A stretch of 64,000 bases of DNA, taken from Syntrophorhabdaceae bacterium. Its GTDB lineage: Bacteria; Desulfobacterota; Syntrophorhabdia; Syntrophorhabdales; Syntrophorhabdaceae. The stretch lies in NCBI GenBank assembly GCA_963666485.2, contig CAXXUO010000002.1, forward strand, positions 64,001 through 128,000. The letters are read 5' to 3'. A model generated the notes under the pieces. It searched no databases. It was not told the DNA's origin and saw only the letters and a program-made list of their open reading frames with translations. The position numbers and the translations under genes are program-made. This document shows positions 59,555 through 64,000 of this stretch, one piece after another (within the stretch, counting starts at the first letter, position 1; each line of letters begins with the position of its first letter).

Positions 59555-60289
59555 TCCGGCAGCGGCGGATCGTCGAGCGGGACATCTGCCTATGGAGGCA
59601 GTTACTCGCACACAACGGGACAAGGGACAACTGCTGCAAACCGTTATGGCACGACTGCCACCCATACCTACGGTTCGGGCTCAACCACTGCCACAACTCA
59701 GTCGGGCGCGACTGCGACGCATTACTACGGCGCCGGGACAGTTGCAACGAGTCCGACCGGCGCGACGGCTTACCGCCCGCCCGTTCCGCCACCGACCCCT
59801 TACTATGGCGCAGCCTATCCGGCGTCCTATCATCCGCCTGTTGTCGTCAATACCTATGGCAACGGGTGCTACAATTGTGGAGGCTGGTCACCGGCCGGTG
59901 CAGTTGCTGCAGGAGCAGTAGTCGGCGTGGCCGTAGGTGCGGCTCACGCATCCTCGAACACGGCCGACGCAACAACCAGCGCCTATAATGCGGGAGTTGC
60001 AGCAGGCAGCGCGAACACTGCTGCCGCGACAACGAAAGCCTACAACGCGGGTGTCGCGGCAGGCACGGCGACAAACTATGCGGCGGGGGCTATTTATCCC
60101 ACGCTGCCGGCAGGCGCCACTCCGATCAAAAAGAATGGGACAACCTACTACCTCAGCGGCAACACGTGGTTCCAGCCTTCCTATGGGGCAAACGGGGTTT
60201 ATTACCGCGTGGTACCGACGCCTTAAAAAGATAGAGAAAACTGATCCACTGCTTAGCTAAACGGAGAACGGAATATGCGATAAACCTAG

Positions 60290-60329
60290 CGAATCCAAAG
60301 GTCAGAGGCCCGATCCCTCCCGGGCGCGC
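60290..60329 (+). repeat. att junction 5: degenerate 40-bp tRNA-Arg 3' copy (4 mismatches)
   Basis: CGAATCCAAAGGTCAGAGGCCCGATCCCTCCCGGGCGCGC. Confidence 0.85.
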
Positions 60330-60345
60330 ATTTAATATAAAGGAA

Positions 60346-61572
60346 TTATTCATATCGCAATGCATCGATCGGCTCTTGTCGTGAGGCCTTTAATGCCGGA
60401 TACAATCCGAATATGGCTCCCGTTGCGCCTGCAAAGCCAAATCCGACAACTATATCCGAGATATGCGTGACAACATGCATATCATATAATTTGGATATTG
60501 CCGCACAGCCCACCACTCCATAAAAGATTCCCATCATGCCGCCCGTCATGGAAAGCACAGCCGCTTCCATTAAGAATTGAATACAAATATTTGCCGGGGT
60601 AGCCCCGGCGGCCATTCTTATGCCTATTTCCCGCGTCCTTTCCGTTACCGAAACCAGCATAATATTCATAATACCGATTCCACCAACCAAGAGTGCTATT
60701 CCGGCTATGAAACCGAATATCATTTTCAAGGAATAACTCATATAATCCATGATACGTAGGACATTGGCCAGATTCCGGACATCGAAATCCTTTTCACGCT
60801 TGTATGTTTTGTGCCGCTGACGCAAGAGATTGTTGATTTCTTTTTCGGCAGAATCCATTATCTCGTGCCCTTTTGCTTTGACCATAACCCAGTGCACCAT
60901 ACCGGGAAAGCTATTGCCCAATAATTTTTTCTGAGCCGTTGTTATGGGAACATAGATCATATCATCCTGGTCCTGGGCTGTTAACGATTGACCCTTTTTA
61001 AACAGCACGCCCTTAACTTCGAAAGGGACCCTGTTGATCCGAATTATCTTATTAACAGGATACGTTCCGGGAAATAGTTTTCGTGCAACCGTGTTTCCTA
61101 TGACGCATACTTTGTTTGAATTCCGTACATCTTCGGATGTAAATGGCAAGCCGATCTCTAATTTCAAATCCTGTATGTTAAAGATTCCAACATCCGAACC
61201 GGTAACGGATGTTGTCCAATTTACATTACCAAATACAACCTGGGCCGCACCTCCCATCATGGGGGTAGAATCCGCTACTGCGGGACATTCTTTTTTTATG
61301 GCCTCGGCATCTCCCAGTGTAAGCGTGGGCTGCGTCCCCATTGCCATTTTAGCGCCCCGAGACGATGAATTGCCCGATATAACAATAAGAATATTACTCC
61401 CCAGGCTGGAGAATTCGGCCCGTATCATCTGTCCCACATAATTCCCGAATGAGAGCATCAGAACAATTGAAAATACCCCGATGACAATACCGGTCATAGT
61501 CAGACTCGAACGCATTTTATTAGCGAACAATGATTTGACCGCCGTCCGGAATATCCAAAGATAATTATTCAA
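60346..61572 (-). CDS. MacB/FtsX-family ABC permease (TTG start inferred)
   Basis: NKMRSSLTMTGIVIG, VGGIGIMNIMLVSVTERTREIGIR, PIDALRYE. Confidence 0.9.
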   Translation of the reverse strand: MNNYLWIFRTAVKSLFANKMRSSLTMTGIVIGVFSIVLMLSFGNYVGQMIRAEFSSLGSNILIVISGNSSSRGAKMAMGTQPTLTLGDAEAIKKECPAVADSTPMMGGAAQVVFGNVNWTTSVTGSDVGIFNIQDLKLEIGLPFTSEDVRNSNKVCVIGNTVARKLFPGTYPVNKIIRINRVPFEVKGVLFKKGQSLTAQDQDDMIYVPITTAQKKLLGNSFPGMVHWVMVKAKGHEIMDSAEKEINNLLRQRHKTYKREKDFDVRNLANVLRIMDYMSYSLKMIFGFIAGIALLVGGIGIMNIMLVSVTERTREIGIRMAAGATPANICIQFLMEAAVLSMTGGMMGIFYGVVGCAAISKLYDMHVVTHISDIVVGFGFAGATGAIFGLYPALKASRQEPIDALRYE

Positions 61573-61573
61573 A

Positions 61574-62290
61574 TCACATCCCGTAAACGACTTGTTTCTT
61601 CCGAGATTCAAGGATCTTGTCAAACACGATTGCGCCGTCCAGAAATCGTATTAACCGCTTGCTATATCCGGCAACACTTTCATCATGGGTTACCAGTATT
61701 ATGGTCGTTCCCGACTCCTCGTTGAGACGCGTGAATATATCCATTATTTCCCGGCTGGTCTTTGTATCAAGATTACCTGTTGGCTCATCGGCAAGCAGAA
61801 TAGGGTTGCCGGCTGCTATTGCCCGTGCAATAGCGACACGTTGCTGCTGGCCAATAGACAATTGGTTAGGATGGGCAGTTTCCCGCCTGTCAAGGCCCAC
61901 AGCCTCAAGGGCTATCCGGGCTTTTTCCCGCCGCTCGGCAGCGGGAACACCCCGATAAAAAAGAGGCATCCCGACATTATCCAGCGCAGAGGTGCGCGGC
62001 AAGAGGTTAAAACCCTGAAATACAAAGGAAATTTGCCGGTTGCGAATATTGGCCCTTTCGGTTCTGCTCAGGTGGCTGAATTCTTTCCCTGAGAGATAGT
62101 ATTGGCCTCCCGTAGGAGAATCAAGAAAGCCGATGATGTTAAGCAACGTAGTTTTGCCTGATCCCGATGGACCCATAATGGAAATAAACTCCGATCTCCC
62201 GATAGATAAAGAAACATTATCCAGAGCTCGCAATTGCACATCTTCGTTTATTTGATATATCTTGGTTATATTTCTGATTTCTATAAACAT
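61574..62290 (-). CDS. MacB/LolD-type ABC ATPase
   Basis: GPSGSGKT, LSIGQQQR, LLADEPTGNLD, VTHD. Confidence 0.92.
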   Translation of the reverse strand: MFIEIRNITKIYQINEDVQLRALDNVSLSIGRSEFISIMGPSGSGKTTLLNIIGFLDSPTGGQYYLSGKEFSHLSRTERANIRNRQISFVFQGFNLLPRTSALDNVGMPLFYRGVPAAERREKARIALEAVGLDRRETAHPNQLSIGQQQRVAIARAIAAGNPILLADEPTGNLDTKTSREIMDIFTRLNEESGTTIILVTHDESVAGYSKRLIRFLDGAIVFDKILESRKKQVVYGM

Positions 62291-62297
62291 ATCTCGA

Positions 62298-62450
62298 TCA
62301 CCAGCCCCCTAAAGGCAAAGTTGGGTCAGTGAGCGGATTATAAACGGCAAGAACTGGCACCGCAGCGGGCCAGAGCGAAAAAACAAGGCCCATTGTGCAT
62401 CCGATGATCAGAACTGCTCCAACTAATATCAAGATAGTAGACAATCTCAT
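62298..62450 (-). CDS. Small hydrophobic peptide (50 aa), paralog of 62519-62710
   Basis: MRLSTILILVGAVLIIGCTMGLVFSL leader shared with the upstream ORF. Confidence 0.65.
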   Translation of the reverse strand: MRLSTILILVGAVLIIGCTMGLVFSLWPAAVPVLAVYNPLTDPTLPLGGW

Positions 62451-62518
62451 TTTAATTTCTTTAATGAATTCATCACGGAATATGTCAAGAACAATCCCCA
62501 AATTGTAATGGCGCTGAC

Positions 62519-62710
62519 TCAATCAGAAGGAAAAGGGACATCAGTCTGCTGCACAATCGCACCATTACTGAGCTGTAGCGCTGGATGAAATTGGCCGATC
62601 TGAGCGGCGATAACCGGCGCGGAGGCAGGTGATAATGTAAAAACAAGACCCATCGTGCATCCGATGATCAGGACTGCTCCAACTATTATCAGGATAGTCG
62701 ATAATCTCAT
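62519..62710 (-). CDS. Small hydrophobic peptide (63 aa)
   Basis: AGGAG RBS; MRLSTILIIVGAVLIIGCTMGLVFTL. Confidence 0.7.
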   Translation of the reverse strand: MRLSTILIIVGAVLIIGCTMGLVFTLSPASAPVIAAQIGQFHPALQLSNGAIVQQTDVPFPSD

Positions 62711-62719
62711 AAATATCTC

Positions 62720-62890
62720 CTATCCACCAATGATCGGGTCCCATTCGGGATACCAGTACCGTAACACCACGCCTGAAACTACCGCTGCCACACCCACGAC
62801 AATTCCTACCACCAACAGGATTACTAAAATTGAGCCTTTATCCCGGTACAGCGGTGCCAACAGATGGTTCTTTATTTTTGTCAAACTCAT
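62720..62890 (-). CDS. Small single-TM peptide (56 aa), possibly pilin-like leader
   Basis: GGAGG RBS; ...YRDKG-SILVILLVVGIVVGVAAVV... Confidence 0.6.
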   Translation of the reverse strand: MSLTKIKNHLLAPLYRDKGSILVILLVVGIVVGVAAVVSGVVLRYWYPEWDPIIGG

Positions 62891-62916
62891 AGCCAACCTC
62901 CTCGTATTCAAGTATT

Positions 62917-64000
62917 TCATCTCGACGGTAATTCCAAAACTTTTTTCTTTTTTGCCACATCAACTATAACGCTCTGACCATCGTATAATTCCCCGCTTTT
63001 CATCTCAGTGTATTGATTATCGCTTAGCCCGGTTTTAACCTCGATCCTTTGTAATTTCCCTCCTTCCAGAATCCAAACGCCCGGCTTACTGTCGGAATTC
63101 TTCCATGCCATATCCTGGCCCGCAGGAATAAAACGAAGCGCGGCGTTTGGGATTCGAAGAGCATTGTCAGACCTGTCAATCTTGAATTTTACGTTCGCCG
63201 TCATGCCCGGTCGTAATTTTTTTTCCTTATTGTCTACTTTGATTACCACGATATACGTCACGACATTCTGCACCGTAATCGGCTCGATCCTGACCTGGGA
63301 TACTTTTCCGTGGAATATGGTGTCTTGGTAAGAATCGACGGTAAAATCCACATTTTGGCCCGGAGCAATCAGGGATATGTCGGACTCATCGACATTCGCT
63401 TCGATCTGCATTTGATCGAGGTTTTCGGCAATGCTGAACAAATTCGGTGTCACGAAGCTGGATACGACTGTTTGGCCGACATCGATGCTCTTCGAAATAA
63501 TGGTTCCGTCTATAGGCGACACTATACGCGTATATCGAAGATTAGCCTCGGCGGCCTTCACCTGTCCCATAGCCTGAGCTGCCTGGGCTCGTGCAGCATC
63601 AAGCTGGGCCAGACAGGATTCATAATTCGTTTCGGCTGTATCCAATTCCTGTCTCGCAATCAGATCCTGGGACCATAGTTCCTTGTATCTACCCCTGGTC
63701 CTTTTGCTATCCAGGAGAGCAGCATTACATTTTGAAATGTTGGCCCGGGTTGAAAGATGATTTGCTCTGGCCTGTTCCAATTGGGCCTCATACGTAGATG
63801 GATCTATCTGTGCCAATAACTGTCCTTTTTTCACGGGACTGTTATAGTCAACAAAAATCCTGCTGATAGTCCCGGTCACCTGAGCACCAACCTTGACCGT
63901 TGTCACTGCGTTCAACGTTCCGGTTGCAGTTATTACCTTTTCAATACCTCCCCGCGAAATAGATTCGGTTATATAGTGTGGTTTATCTTTAGCGGTAAAT
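62917..64000 (-). CDS. MacA-type efflux membrane fusion protein; N-terminus outside the window
   Basis: VKVGAQVTG, VKKGQLLAQID, IVSPIDG, GQTV, LRPGMTA. Confidence 0.9.
   Translation of the reverse strand, partial: FTAKDKPHYITESISRGGIEKVITATGTLNAVTTVKVGAQVTGTISRIFVDYNSPVKKGQLLAQIDPSTYEAQLEQARANHLSTRANISKCNAALLDSKRTRGRYKELWSQDLIARQELDTAETNYESCLAQLDAARAQAAQAMGQVKAAEANLRYTRIVSPIDGTIISKSIDVGQTVVSSFVTPNLFSIAENLDQMQIEANVDESDISLIAPGQNVDFTVDSYQDTIFHGKVSQVRIEPITVQNVVTYIVVIKVDNKEKKLRPGMTANVKFKIDRSDNALRIPNAALRFIPAGQDMAWKNSDSKPGVWILEGGKLQRIEVKTGLSDNQYTEMKSGELYDGQSVIVDVAKKKKVLELPSR

Larger units (their letters stand above)
57915..60226 (+). pseudogene. Gly/Ser/Thr-rich secreted protein interrupted by IS256 (314 aa when rejoined)
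   Basis: 57915-58195 plus 59563-60226 join in frame (281+664 = 945 nt). Confidence 0.85.
16929..60329 (+). mobile_element. Tandem array of tRNA-Arg-anchored islands/cassettes with no recognisable integrase; may continue past the window end
   Basis: Five direct copies of the tRNA 3' half; arm-like paired repeats; IHF-consensus sites; truncated genes at junctions. Confidence 0.75.

Noticed and set aside
33732..60329. tRNA-like sequences as additional tRNA genes
   Set aside because: All five lack the 5' acceptor strand and D-arm; they are 3' fragments only

Overview
Bacterial window, probably from an anaerobic Desulfobacterota/Syntrophorhabdus-like genome (inferred from gene content only). Bases 1-16.9 kb are core-like genes with intact reading frames: an mla operon with an MlaF-GGDEF-like fusion, an aldo/keto reductase, Fpg, an M50-CBS protease, PAC2, a J-domain/FlhG fusion, thiS, lysE, aspA and a DAACS transporter. 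Their intergenic spaces hold several inverted pairs of 7-bp tandem arrays that begin at stop codons, plus CGTC-type palindromes. An intact tRNA-Arg(ACG) lies at 16898-16974. Its 3' half recurs five more times in direct orientation (33732, 40329, 43674, 44763, 60290), dividing the rest of the window into six cassette-like segments. I recognised no integrase in any of them. Several junctions carry paired arm-type repeats and IHF-consensus sites, and two junctions cut host-like genes. This tRNA-anchored, integrase-less cassette array is the main candidate for an undescribed system. Cargo includes a frameshifted CusCBA-type efflux system, a DUF134/NifX/Mrp/IscU/rhodanese/CoADR cluster with a palindromic operator, many PAS histidine kinases, glycosylation genes, a FixLJ-like module with a repeated 23-bp box, an IS256 element with an 8-bp TSD that splits a Gly-rich secreted protein, and a MacAB-like operon containing three small hydrophobic peptide genes. 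Functional calls rest on motif recognition by eye; no database search was run.
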